Source of the DNA: Acaryochloris thomasi RCC1774
GTDB lineage: Bacteria > Cyanobacteriota > Cyanobacteriia > Thermosynechococcales > Thermosynechococcaceae
DNA: 32,000 nt
NCBI RefSeq assembly: GCF_003231495.1
Contig: NZ_PQWO01000015.1
Span: forward strand, 90,001 to 122,000
Direction of reading: 5' to 3'
Below, in pieces: positions 9,807 through 18,778 of the stretch. Every line of letters begins with the position of its first letter. The first letter of the stretch is position 1. The notes beneath the pieces were generated by a model. The model was not told where the DNA came from. It ran no database searches and saw only the letters and a program-made list of their open reading frames with translations. Made by a program: the position numbers and the translations under genes.

Positions 9807-10142
9807 ATGTCAACTTCTAACGGTCAATCCCCTGCCGAGCAGGTTTCCGATTCGCATACTGACCATGTTCATGTGCATAATCCTGACACGCTGCGCTCCA
9901 TTGTTAATCGGTTATCGCGCATTGAGGGCCATGTCCGAGGCATCAAGTCAATGGTGCAAGAGAGTCGCTCTTGCCCTGATGTATTGGTCCAGATTGCGGC
10001 AGTGCGGGGTGGGCTCGATCGGGTTGCGCGGATTATCCTTGACGAACACCTGACCGAGTGCATCGTCCGTTCGGCCCAAGAAGGTGATATGGAAGTTGAG
10101 ATTCAAGAACTTAAGGCTGCTTTAGATCGTTTTCTAGCTTAG
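9807..10142 (+). CDS. CsoR/RcnR/InrS-family metal-sensing transcriptional repressor
   Basis: DUF156 core RLSRIEGHVRGIKSMV...SCPDVLVQIAAV...ILDEHLTEC. Candidate ligands are H24, C56, H81 and C85, with the same spacings (32/25/4) as the InrS H21-C53-H78-C82 set. The N-terminus is His-rich (SDSHTDHVHVHNPD). Confidence 0.85.
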   Translation: MSTSNGQSPAEQVSDSHTDHVHVHNPDTLRSIVNRLSRIEGHVRGIKSMVQESRSCPDVLVQIAAVRGGLDRVARIILDEHLTECIVRSAQEGDMEVEIQELKAALDRFLA

Positions 10143-10328
10143 AGCCGTACTGAATTTAAGAGCCACCTCAGGCTAGCCAGGGATGAAAGTGCTTCTGACA
10201 GCCATGATCAATCGGAAGATTGATACGGAACGGGAACCCATCACATATCATATATAAATATTAATATAACTATTTCTCATGTCTAGCTCGATAGTCGTGA
10301 GATAAATCCAACTTTTGGAGATATCTGT

Positions 10329-12122
10329 TTGAAATCCGCTGACTCTCCCCTCTCTGCTGTTGCCAATCCTGCTCTTCCTACAGCCAATCAACCGCCTAGA
10401 GCAAATCCCAATCTTCCTGCCGAGTCTACCCAGCCCTATGACTCTTATCGATGGGCTCAAGGCACTTACAGTCATTGGGGACGCCTGATTGAAATCGGCC
10501 GTATTGGGGTGCAATTTTTAGCCTATCTCTGGACGGATCAACAGGACTGGAGTTATCCCTCTCGTCAAGCCACACCAGAGGCCCAGGCCTTACGTCGTCG
10601 TCAGCGGGCCGTATGGATTCGAGAGAGTTTGCTGCATCTAGGCCCAACTTTTATCAAGGTTGGCCAGTTCTTTTCCACTCGTGCAGATCTCTTTCCCACC
10701 GAGTACATTGAGGAACTCTCAAAGCTCCAGGATCAGGTGCCAGCTTTTGGGTATGAGCAGGTGACTGAGATTATTGAGCAGGAGCTGGGGGACTCTGTTG
10801 CAGCTACGTTCGAAAGCTTCAGCCCTGTTCCCATTGCCTCTGCAAGCTTGGGACAGGTTCACCACGGCCAGCTTCATTCTGGAGAGGAGGTGGCGGTCAA
10901 GGTGCAGCGCCCCGGCTTGAAGCAGTTGTTCAGTATTGATCTCGGTATTATGAGGGGGTTTGCTGAATTTGTGCAGTATCGTACGCCTTGGGGACAAGAC
11001 GGGCGAGATTGGCTAGGAATATACGAAGAATGCCATCAAAATCTATGGGGGGAGCTAGATTATCTGAATGAAGGCCGGAATGCGAATCTATTTCGCCGTA
11101 ACTTCAAGGGTCAGACCGATGTGATTGTGCCCCGGGTTCACTGGCGCTATACAACGACCCGCCTTCTGACGATGGAATATCTTCCAGGCATCAAGGTCAA
11201 TGATGTTGATGCCTTGGGTGCAGCCGGGATTGATCGAGTTGCGATCGCACAATTAGGTGCCCGTTCCTACCTGAGTCAAATCCTTCATCACGGCTTTTTT
11301 CATGCCGATCCCCACCCCGGCAACATCGCAGTTAATCCCGACGGGGCGCTGATTTTCTATGACTTCGGGATGATGGGTCAACTCCCGCCTGAAACAAAGG
11401 ATCGGCTACTGCTCAACTTCCGGGGGATCTTGCAAAACGATGCCAGCTTGGTGGTGCAGGCGATGGTGGAACTCGGAGCGTTGGCACCAGACTCTGATCT
11501 CGGTCCAGTGCGCCGCTCAGTGCAGTACATGCTCGACTCTTATTTTGATCGGGCCTTCTCAGATCATGGCGAGATCTCAATGGCTGCAATCAATGATGAT
11601 TTATACGAGCTAACCTACGACCAGCCCTTCCGGTTCCCGGCAGCTTTTACCTTTGTTCTGCGGTCTTTATCAGCGTTAGAGGCCCTGGGTAAATTTCTTG
11701 ACCCAGACTTCAATTTTATGGATGTCGCAACGCCCTTTGCTGAAGAGATTATGGCTCAGGATTCTGGCGGAGCGGCTCCCAATAATCTGCTGGGCCAATT
11801 TGGCCGTCAAGCAGCAGAGTTCACTAATACAAGCCTGAGCCTCCCCCAGCGCGTCGAGGTATCGCTCAATAGGCTAGAGCAGGGCGATATCAAGATGCGC
11901 GTTAGCTCAGTTGAGGCGAACCGCGAACTACGAAAACTCAACACAACTAGCCTGGGTGTCATTTACTCGCTGATATTTAGCATTTTGTTTCTGTGTGCAA
12001 CGCAGTTACTCATTGCGAATCTGACCGGCATCGCAACGGCCCTAGCTGCTTTTGCTGCCATTCCACTGACGTTGCTGCTGAGATTGCTGCTGTTTAAGCT
12101 GGATCGCTCTAGCGTGACTTAG
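10329..12122 (+). CDS. ABC1/UbiB-family atypical kinase
   Basis: Motifs ASLGQVH, VAVKVQRPG, HADPHPGN and DFG, plus C-terminal TM helices. There is no in-frame ATG near the 5' end, so the start is TTG 10329 or another non-ATG codon. Confidence 0.9.
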   Translation: MKSADSPLSAVANPALPTANQPPRANPNLPAESTQPYDSYRWAQGTYSHWGRLIEIGRIGVQFLAYLWTDQQDWSYPSRQATPEAQALRRRQRAVWIRESLLHLGPTFIKVGQFFSTRADLFPTEYIEELSKLQDQVPAFGYEQVTEIIEQELGDSVAATFESFSPVPIASASLGQVHHGQLHSGEEVAVKVQRPGLKQLFSIDLGIMRGFAEFVQYRTPWGQDGRDWLGIYEECHQNLWGELDYLNEGRNANLFRRNFKGQTDVIVPRVHWRYTTTRLLTMEYLPGIKVNDVDALGAAGIDRVAIAQLGARSYLSQILHHGFFHADPHPGNIAVNPDGALIFYDFGMMGQLPPETKDRLLLNFRGILQNDASLVVQAMVELGALAPDSDLGPVRRSVQYMLDSYFDRAFSDHGEISMAAINDDLYELTYDQPFRFPAAFTFVLRSLSALEALGKFLDPDFNFMDVATPFAEEIMAQDSGGAAPNNLLGQFGRQAAEFTNTSLSLPQRVEVSLNRLEQGDIKMRVSSVEANRELRKLNTTSLGVIYSLIFSILFLCATQLLIANLTGIATALAAFAAIPLTLLLRLLLFKLDRSSVT

Positions 12123-12205
12123 TCTTTTGTAGTTCTCTCACTCATTTCGAGGGTGCCCTGATCGGTTACTGTGGGTGTTGACCTCTGGGGGCTTAGGAGT
12201 GGGAG

Positions 12206-12784
12206 ATGCAAGTCTTACAGCTTTCACCAAGAATAGTTCTAAATTTGAGTGTAGTGGGCCTTATATTTATAGCCCTGACTGCCTGTAGAACAAACGATGT
12301 AGACGCCGAGCTTCCAAAATTAGAACCGACGATTCAGCTTCAAAGTTCGGCGTTTGCTGCCGACACGTCAATCCCCTCAGAATATACCTGTGATGGAGAG
12401 GATCGCTCTCCACCGTTGAGCTGGGATGCTGTACCGTCAGAGGCTCAGAGCCTGATCTTGATTGCGGATGATCCAGATGCGCCGGGTGGGACGTTTGTCC
12501 ACTGGGTTCTTTATGATCTTTCTCCTCAAACGCTGCAGCTTCCTGGTGGTGTTACCCCCGTTACCCAAGGCCCTCAGCAAAGTGTTCAAGGCAAAAATAG
12601 TTTTGGAAAGATTGGCTACCGGGGCCCCTGTCCACCCTCAGGAACGCATCGGTACTTCTTTAAGATCTATGCTCTCGACCAGAAAATCGAGATAGAGCCG
12701 GGAGCCAAGAAGAACAAAGTTTTATTAGCCGCGAAGGAGCATATCATCGCCACGGGTGAATTGATGGGGCGATATTCACGCTAA
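12206..12784 (+). CDS. YbhB/YbcL-family PEBP (Raf-kinase-inhibitor-like) lipoprotein
   Basis: DPDAPGGTFVHWVLYD and GYRGPCPPSGTHRYFFKIYALD are hallmark PEBP motifs. The N-terminal signal has a lipobox-like LTAC. Confidence 0.85.
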   Translation: MQVLQLSPRIVLNLSVVGLIFIALTACRTNDVDAELPKLEPTIQLQSSAFAADTSIPSEYTCDGEDRSPPLSWDAVPSEAQSLILIADDPDAPGGTFVHWVLYDLSPQTLQLPGGVTPVTQGPQQSVQGKNSFGKIGYRGPCPPSGTHRYFFKIYALDQKIEIEPGAKKNKVLLAAKEHIIATGELMGRYSR

Positions 12785-13419
12785 GGCCGATAGCCTGTTT
12801 CCGTCACAGTGGATAGATGTTTACGTAACAATATGCGCTTGGAACGTCTAAGACGGGGCCAAAGACCTTGCTGCTCAGAACGACAATATTGAGCCTTCGT
12901 ATACAGTTGCTGCGCAGCAATGTTAGTCTCCAGCACATTGAGATAGAGAAAGTGGGTCTGCCAAGCCGTCGCGGCTTGTTCACAGGCCAATAGCAAGTGT
13001 TGGGCGACTCCCCGACGACGGTGGTTAGGAGCAACAGCTAAGTTAGAAATATAGGGCACCGGCTGGCGGAGCAACCAGAGCGATCGCAATGTAACTTCCA
13101 CCGTTCCAATAATGTTGTTCTGTGCTGACGGGTCTCCCGGCCCCGTCTTTACGGCAATAAAACAGGCGTGCTTTGGGGATTGCGTGATGAATCGCGTCCG
13201 CAAGTCTTGATAAATGCCAACTCGCAACACAGGCAGTGCCCAGTGCCAGTAGCTGGTGGGGGGATAAAAGCTTTCGCAGAGAAGCTGCGCGACTCTTAAA
13301 AGGTCCCGATCTTCAACGGTGCGAATGCTGAAGCTTGGGCCGCTTAAGACCTGTGAGCCGTTCGCCCAAAGGGCTGGCGAGTTAGAGATCACCGGACCCG
13401 TCATCCACTTAACTGACAC
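12781..13419 (-). CDS. GNAT-family N-acetyltransferase
   Basis: Acetyl-CoA binding motif LAVAPNHRRRGVAQHLL (Q/RxxGxA type) with the usual downstream YxK/AQxLY segment. Confidence 0.75.
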   Translation of the reverse strand: MSVKWMTGPVISNSPALWANGSQVLSGPSFSIRTVEDRDLLRVAQLLCESFYPPTSYWHWALPVLRVGIYQDLRTRFITQSPKHACFIAVKTGPGDPSAQNNIIGTVEVTLRSLWLLRQPVPYISNLAVAPNHRRRGVAQHLLLACEQAATAWQTHFLYLNVLETNIAAQQLYTKAQYCRSEQQGLWPRLRRSKRILLRKHLSTVTETGYRP

Positions 13420-13463
13420 CTACGATTAGTTCGGACGTGGGGCCTGCCCCCATCTGCCAAGCG

Positions 13464-14390
13464 CTACTGCGCTTCAGGTTTACTGAGCGTCTCAGGTTCT
13501 TCTACCTCGAGGTCACCCGCCGGACTCTGACCAGCATCAGAGGCGAGCTGGGCAATGGTCTCTCGAATTTTAGGGAGCTTGAACACCATCTTGGTATCTT
13601 CAACCAAGCGCTCACCCCATAGATTTTCAACCAAGAAATCAACGTCACCATAGCGACTGTCCATCTCTAGAGCTTTCTGAGCCAGCGTGAGCGCCTGATC
13701 TTGATTACCCTGCTTATAGTGAGCTACGGCCAGTGCCAACAGCGGCTCACCAGTTTTTTCATCGATTTCAGTCGCTTTCTGCCACTGACGCATGGCTTCT
13801 TTAACCTCGCCTGATTCATATTGAACCAAGCCAATGTTATTCAAGGCGGGCCAAAACTTCTCGTTCTGCGCGATGGCCTTTTGGTAGGTTGCGATCGCAT
13901 CATCAAACTGCTCGAGCTTATAGTAGGTATTACCCAAATCGAATAGCGGCTCCAGCTGATCTGGCTTCAGCTTCAGACCAGACTTGAGCGAATCAGCCGC
14001 AGCAGGATAATCTGCTTGACTAAAATAAGCAGACCCCAAGCTAAACAGCACGCCTGGGTTCGAGTCATCCAGAGCCAGAGATTTATTGAGAGCCGAGATG
14101 CCCTTCTCTGACTGCTCAAGATTAAGATACAGCCCTCCCAACAAGGCCCAGCCTTCAGGTGCCTTAGGGTTCAACTGCGCCGCGAGCTGCGCCCTTGAGA
14201 GAGCCGACTCAAACTGTTGGAACTGCGTCAGATAAACAGCTTCCTTGAGCAGATCCTGTCCAGTCTTTTCGAGAGACTGTGCATCAACCGAAATAGTCCG
14301 CGGAACGATAGCCTGACCGATAGCTGGTGAGACTGCACTGCCTAGCCCAAGACAGATCATCAAAGGAATAAGTGTTGATCGATAGAGCAC
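13464..14390 (-). CDS. secreted tetratricopeptide (TPR) repeat protein
   Basis: N-terminal signal peptide, then at least five 34-aa repeats with the W/L-G-Y-A-F-P TPR consensus (for example FSLGSAYFSQADYPAAADSLKSGLKLKPD). Confidence 0.8.
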   Translation of the reverse strand: MLYRSTLIPLMICLGLGSAVSPAIGQAIVPRTISVDAQSLEKTGQDLLKEAVYLTQFQQFESALSRAQLAAQLNPKAPEGWALLGGLYLNLEQSEKGISALNKSLALDDSNPGVLFSLGSAYFSQADYPAAADSLKSGLKLKPDQLEPLFDLGNTYYKLEQFDDAIATYQKAIAQNEKFWPALNNIGLVQYESGEVKEAMRQWQKATEIDEKTGEPLLALAVAHYKQGNQDQALTLAQKALEMDSRYGDVDFLVENLWGERLVEDTKMVFKLPKIRETIAQLASDAGQSPAGDLEVEEPETLSKPEAQ

Positions 14391-14573
14391 AGTCTGTAAC
14401 CATAATTGACGACAAAAGCTTAGTTGCTAGCTTAGCTTAAATTTTCATCCCCGTAGTGAACGCACGATACTTCCCCCATCGACGTACGATATCCAGCGCC
14501 TGACGGACTCATATTGTTACAATTACCTGTGGTCTTTTAATCAACACGAGGCATTTTAGTGGATCCCATACTC

Positions 14574-14738
14574 ATGCAAGAGCGAATTGTGTTCATCGAA
14601 TCCAAGCGCGACATGTTGGTCAAACTGTTAGAACAACCCGATCTGGGGACCCTCAGAATTGACGTAAACCAAGCTTTAGAAGAGATGGACGACTTGATCG
14701 ATGAGTTCAAGAAAACATTCCCCTCTACATCTGTGTAG
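14574..14738 (+). CDS. candidate small acidic helical protein (54 aa), unannotated
   Basis: Found by hand; it is below the ORF-track length cut-off. ATG 14574 to TAG 14736-14738 reads MQERIVFIESKRDMLVKLLEQPDLGTLRIDVNQALEEMDDLIDEFKKTFPSTSV. It is the only sizeable ORF in a 583-bp intergenic gap. I saw no clear Shine-Dalgarno sequence. Confidence 0.3.
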   Translation: MQERIVFIESKRDMLVKLLEQPDLGTLRIDVNQALEEMDDLIDEFKKTFPSTSV

Positions 14739-14973
14739 CTGCCATACGAACTAGAGTATCAACCACCCGTTGCAATCAAATCTTTAGTCCTTCCTGCTTA
14801 TTTATTTTGTTGATTTCGTTTGGCCCTAATGAAAGCAACTACAGCTGTCCTTGACAAACCATTGACGGAAAGTCGTTAAGACAAGTTCACCTCAATTCTC
14901 AGGAGAAGTTCATTTTTGACAGCAGATTGCCCATACTAAGCTCGAAGCCTTTATCCAAGTTTTCGAAGCTAAC

Positions 14974-15912
14974 GTGACTGCTGATACAACCCCTCAACTC
15001 CTAATAAGCGCACCCACTGGTATCAAGCGGCTGCAGCTTCTCGCTCAGACAAGCTGGACTCTGGGCCGCCATCCCTCTAGCCTTATTCAACTATTAGACA
15101 ACAGTATCTCCAGGCATCATGCCAGGATTGAAGTTTTACAGGGTCGGCATTTCTTCCTCGTCGATTTGGGTAGCCGGAACGGATCAACCGTCAATCAACA
15201 GCCGGTCTCCAAACCCGTCTTGCTTAAGCACGGCGATCGCATTCACCTCGGCCAAACCGAACTGTTTTTCGAACAGAGCCTGTTCTATCCTGCAGATGTT
15301 GCAGCAATGGATAGAGCAGACATTGTTATGCTGCACCAATCATCACTGCAGGGCAAAATTTGGCAGGAACTTTTGCTCTCCCAAAATCTATCACTGCGCT
15401 GGGAAACTGGAGCAACAAATCTCAGACACGACATTGAACATCGAGTCAAAACTCAGAAGCTTCCTAAGATTCTCATCATTGACGTACAGGCCTATAGCGG
15501 TAGCTTGGCTTCATTCTGCCGCTGGAGTCAGGAGCACCATCCCGACCTAGCGATTCTACTGTTCGATAGCACCCAGCGTCAGATTGCTCTCGAAGAACGC
15601 CAGCAAATGACGGCCCTCGGGTGCATTGACTTTTTGCCAGCCTTCCGTGAGCCGAATCTTCTAGACAACGTAGCCGGTGTAGTTGTTCATCTCAATTTAG
15701 TGTCACGCGCCTTCCGAGACACAACGCTGCGCCAAGACAAACTTTTCCTGACGCTTAAAAAACTAGAGGAGCTGCTGCAGTTGGCCTCCAATTTGCCTGT
15801 CGCAGCCAGCGTACCTGTCCCCCAACCGGTTGCGGTTCCACATCAGGAGGTCGTTACACCACCAACCCTAGAGATGCAGGATATGACCATGATTACTCGA
15901 CATTCAAAATAA
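14974..15912 (+). CDS. FHA-domain protein with C-terminal degenerate receiver-like domain
   Basis: FHA core WTLGRHPSSLIQLLDNSISRHHARIEV...FLVDLGSRNGSTVNQQPV...HGDRIHLG. The second half has a receiver-like strand pattern (DIVMLHQSS, KILIIDVQ, AILLFDS, GCIDFLPAF). GTG start at 14974. Confidence 0.8.
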   Translation: MTADTTPQLLISAPTGIKRLQLLAQTSWTLGRHPSSLIQLLDNSISRHHARIEVLQGRHFFLVDLGSRNGSTVNQQPVSKPVLLKHGDRIHLGQTELFFEQSLFYPADVAAMDRADIVMLHQSSLQGKIWQELLLSQNLSLRWETGATNLRHDIEHRVKTQKLPKILIIDVQAYSGSLASFCRWSQEHHPDLAILLFDSTQRQIALEERQQMTALGCIDFLPAFREPNLLDNVAGVVVHLNLVSRAFRDTTLRQDKLFLTLKKLEELLQLASNLPVAASVPVPQPVAVPHQEVVTPPTLEMQDMTMITRHSK

Positions 15913-15941
15913 CGGCAAACATCTACGGGCTTAGGGCAAGA

Positions 15942-16904
15942 TCATGCCGGTGATGCTAGCTTGTGGAACGTCTCGCCAGATTGTTCAATCCAGCCATAAA
16001 TCATACCGGAAGTAGAATGCCGTGCAGCACATCGCCCCTGACGATCAATAACGATCACGCCGCCTAAACCATTGACCTTAGAAACGAGGTACCCAATTCC
16101 TGCTGCAGCAGCATCGTGGGCATTAAGCCCCTGGAAATCAATCAAATCTGCAATTGTCTTCGCCAGTACAGTCCGCAGAAACTGTTCTCCATAGCCGGTC
16201 GCGGAAACAGCACAGGTTGTGTTATCGGCGAAAACACCCGCTCCGATCACCGGCGTATCCCCCACCCGTCCCCATCGCTTGTTCACAATGCCACCAGTGG
16301 ATGTACCTGCGGCTAGGTTGCCTTCAAGATCTCTAGCAACAACACCAATCGTACCGAACTTCTCCTGGGGCTCTTCGGTGTCTTCATGGTCAAGAACCAT
16401 CCGTCCTAACTTTTGAGCCTCTTTTAGCTGACGAACGCGAGCATCTGTTATGAAATAGTGCTCAGGCCAAAACTTGATATTATGAAACTCAGCGAATTTC
16501 ATGGCTCCGTGCCCAGCTAACATGACATGTTCGCTATGTTCTATGACTTGACGAGCAAGTGAAATAGGGTTTTTGATGCCCTTAATACTGGCCACGGCTC
16601 CGGCGGATAGATCTACACCATTCATGAGAGCCGCATCCATTTCGACTTCACCATACTCATTGAGAACCGAACCTCGACCGGCATTATAGAGGGGATCGTC
16701 CTCTAGCAGGGCTGCACAATATTCAACCGCATCTAAGGCCGTTCCTTCTTGCTCAAGAATTTTTCGCCCCTGCTCTAAAATCCCGCAAATGCTGCGCTCA
16801 AATTCAGCCTCATTCCCCTCACGCTTAATGTGCTGTAGTGCACCCGCCCCACCGTGAACCATCAGGGAATAGGAATTTGACATTGCGAAGACCAGAAGGG
16901 GCAA
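15942..16904 (-). CDS. isoaspartyl peptidase / plant-type L-asparaginase (Ntn hydrolase)
   Basis: Autoprocessing site KFG-TIGVVARD with a Thr nucleophile, plus GTSTGG and RVGDTPVIGAG motifs characteristic of the IaaA/plant-type asparaginase family. Confidence 0.9.
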   Translation of the reverse strand: MPLLVFAMSNSYSLMVHGGAGALQHIKREGNEAEFERSICGILEQGRKILEQEGTALDAVEYCAALLEDDPLYNAGRGSVLNEYGEVEMDAALMNGVDLSAGAVASIKGIKNPISLARQVIEHSEHVMLAGHGAMKFAEFHNIKFWPEHYFITDARVRQLKEAQKLGRMVLDHEDTEEPQEKFGTIGVVARDLEGNLAAGTSTGGIVNKRWGRVGDTPVIGAGVFADNTTCAVSATGYGEQFLRTVLAKTIADLIDFQGLNAHDAAAAGIGYLVSKVNGLGGVIVIDRQGRCAARHSTSGMIYGWIEQSGETFHKLASPA

Positions 16905-17020
16905 TGGTTTATCTTAAACCAGCACCCAACCTAGCACCAACTCATTGTCTAGAGAAGATAACTTGAGATTCTAGCTTTGTTTCTAGCTACGTCAGGACTA
17001 CTTATATCCAGGCGTAATGC

Positions 17021-18199
17021 CTAATTCCATGCCTGACCCACATTCGAAATCGACTCTAATGGATGAAAAGAAGGCGGCAAAGTGGATTCCTGGAGCTGAG
17101 TCCCCATCAGACGCTGCTTTAAAGTTGTGCGTAGCTGATCTTGTTGAGTATGGGAGCCTGCAAGGAGACAGACGACTTTACCCATATGGACGTTGCCCCA
17201 GTTGACGATGATGACTCCAACGCCGGTTTGGGCATCAAACTCAATCCCGCTCAGGTCAATATCGTTGAGCGCACGAAGGGGTGTCGTAAATGTCTCACAG
17301 ATCCAGCTTTGGATATCGAGCTTCTGGGCGACACCCGTGGGGTAGGAAGCTCCGTTGTAGCGAGGGTTGCATTCAATCGCATAGTAGCGAGGACCGCGGG
17401 AGCTAAAGACCACAGCGACATCAAAAGCAAAGATCTCCTGCATCCCCTGATCAACCATCCACTGAGCCATTGGCTCGACTAAATCCCACGGCTGGTATTC
17501 GGTGGGGTAGCGATTGCCGCTGTGGGAGCAGCCGTCTAAAATCTGTTCGGTGGCGGCGTGTCTCTCCAAGCCATCTTCAGTGACTCGATACTGAAGATTA
17601 AGAAAGGAAGCCGCTAAAACTTCTTCTTGAATTTGAAAGGAAACATTATCTGGCATATCGTATAGCGCCAGAGAAAGCTGCTGCCGGTCTGCACAACGAA
17701 CAATTCCCATCCCATCAACGGATACAGATGGCTTAACGTAGCAGGGATAAGGGATCTCAGAGTTCAATCTCAGCTCTGACTTCTGAGCAAAGCACAAGGT
17801 CTTAGGCACCGTCACCTGGAGCTGATGTGCCAGCTCCATGAAGTTATTTTTGTTGTTCATGCACTGAACAACATCATGCCAGCGCTGGTTCTCTTGGCGA
17901 AACTGCTGGCTCCGGTAGCTCTCTTGATTCTCTGCATCTCCGAAGTAAAAAACAGAAGTCTCTAGCTGAGGATGGGCCAGTCGGACTGCTGAAGATACAT
18001 CCCAAATCACGTTCTGACTATGGCGTAGACCAATGCGTTCGTAGTGCCCAACAATAGCCTGCCACTCTCCCCTCAGCGCTGGATGTAGCTGCACAATATC
18101 ATTCTGATCGGTCAAGCCTAGAACGCGCCCCGAATACAAGTAATTGCCAGTCACCTGCTGGTGCGTGCAGTTCATGATGTCGTGGTTAAAAATTTTCAT
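17021..18199 (-). CDS. ATP-grasp-fold ligase of unknown specificity
   Basis: ATP-grasp signatures: Lys strand plus flexible loop YVKPSVSVDGMGIV, hinge FQIQEEV, and Mg/ATP site FAFDVAV...YAIECNPRYNGASYP (the E-x-N motif). The roughly 120-aa N-terminal region matches no family I recognise. Confidence 0.75.
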   Translation of the reverse strand: MKIFNHDIMNCTHQQVTGNYLYSGRVLGLTDQNDIVQLHPALRGEWQAIVGHYERIGLRHSQNVIWDVSSAVRLAHPQLETSVFYFGDAENQESYRSQQFRQENQRWHDVVQCMNNKNNFMELAHQLQVTVPKTLCFAQKSELRLNSEIPYPCYVKPSVSVDGMGIVRCADRQQLSLALYDMPDNVSFQIQEEVLAASFLNLQYRVTEDGLERHAATEQILDGCSHSGNRYPTEYQPWDLVEPMAQWMVDQGMQEIFAFDVAVVFSSRGPRYYAIECNPRYNGASYPTGVAQKLDIQSWICETFTTPLRALNDIDLSGIEFDAQTGVGVIIVNWGNVHMGKVVCLLAGSHTQQDQLRTTLKQRLMGTQLQESTLPPSFHPLESISNVGQAWN

Positions 18200-18596
18200 A
18201 GCAATTAGCGACTAATCCACTTACAAAGGTCGTGACACTATCGATGCAGAGCTTGAAACTTGGGAAAAGCTGACTCACGTAGAGATCAGGGTTTGCTCCG
18301 TCCGACGAAACATCTGTTGATCTAACAACTGTTCAGCTAGAAATAGGAATGGGCTGCCAATGAATATGGCTATCAATCAAAAACGGCCTTGAGACATGCG
18401 ATACATAAAGGTTATTCATGCAACACGCCTAATGCCTTTAGTCTCTAGACGGGATACTCCGCAATTTTGTAGAGAGCTATTCAATAAAACCCGAAATGGT
18501 ATCGGATTTTACTGTTCTAGATATAACACAGATATTTGAGTCACAGCAGCAACTTAAAATTGATCCTTAGGGGGCATGTCATCAATGTTTGACATA

Positions 18597-18622
18597 GGCT
18601 GTTTCTCTCAGGAGAAACAGCC
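18597..18622. other. perfect 11-bp stem / 4-nt loop hairpin in AT-rich spacer
   Basis: GGCTGTTTCTC-TCAG-GAGAAACAGCC read directly from the sequence. It is immediately preceded (18577-18596) by a second inverted repeat, ATGTCA-N8-TGACAT. No U-tract follows on either strand, so it is not a canonical intrinsic terminator. Confidence 0.6.
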
Positions 18623-18778
18623 TTGAGGTACAACCGTCTGAGAGTTTTAGAGAGCAAGGGTATCCTAGACAAATTGCAATGCATCACACCAATATTTTCT
18701 GCCCAAAGAATATATTGTCTTAATATTTCAAGTTTTCTAAACTTTCGAGATCTGGAAGCTGGACAGTTCGGAAGGCAT

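Noticed and set aside
10258-10267. ATATTAATAT palindrome in the AT-rich patch upstream of the ABC1 kinase gene
   Set aside because: It is most simply explained as promoter-like AT-rich DNA (a -10-like TATAAA/TATAAC nearby). There is no supporting repeat or known motif.
14056-14070. tRNA T-arm-like string GGGTTCGAGTCATCC
   Set aside because: It lies inside the TPR-protein CDS. I could find no matching acceptor or anticodon stems around it.
17141-17482. 113-aa plus-strand ORF, plus 17017-17205 and minus-strand 17251-17454
   Set aside because: They are antisense to, or out of frame with, the ATP-grasp CDS and have no motifs.
18278-18595. Possible graspetide/RiPP precursor peptides upstream of the 392-aa ATP-grasp gene (MSNIDDMPPKDQF at 18554-18595; MNNLYVSHVSRPFLIDSHIHWQPIPISS at 18333-18419; MFRRTEQTLIST at 18278-18313)
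   Set aside because: None has a leader plus a core rich in Thr/Ser with Asp/Glu/Lys, as in microviridin-type precursors. All are very short and lack clear ribosome-binding sites. The ATP-grasp protein does not obviously resemble MdnB/MdnC-type enzymes. The idea is kept only as a low-priority item under the spacer finding.
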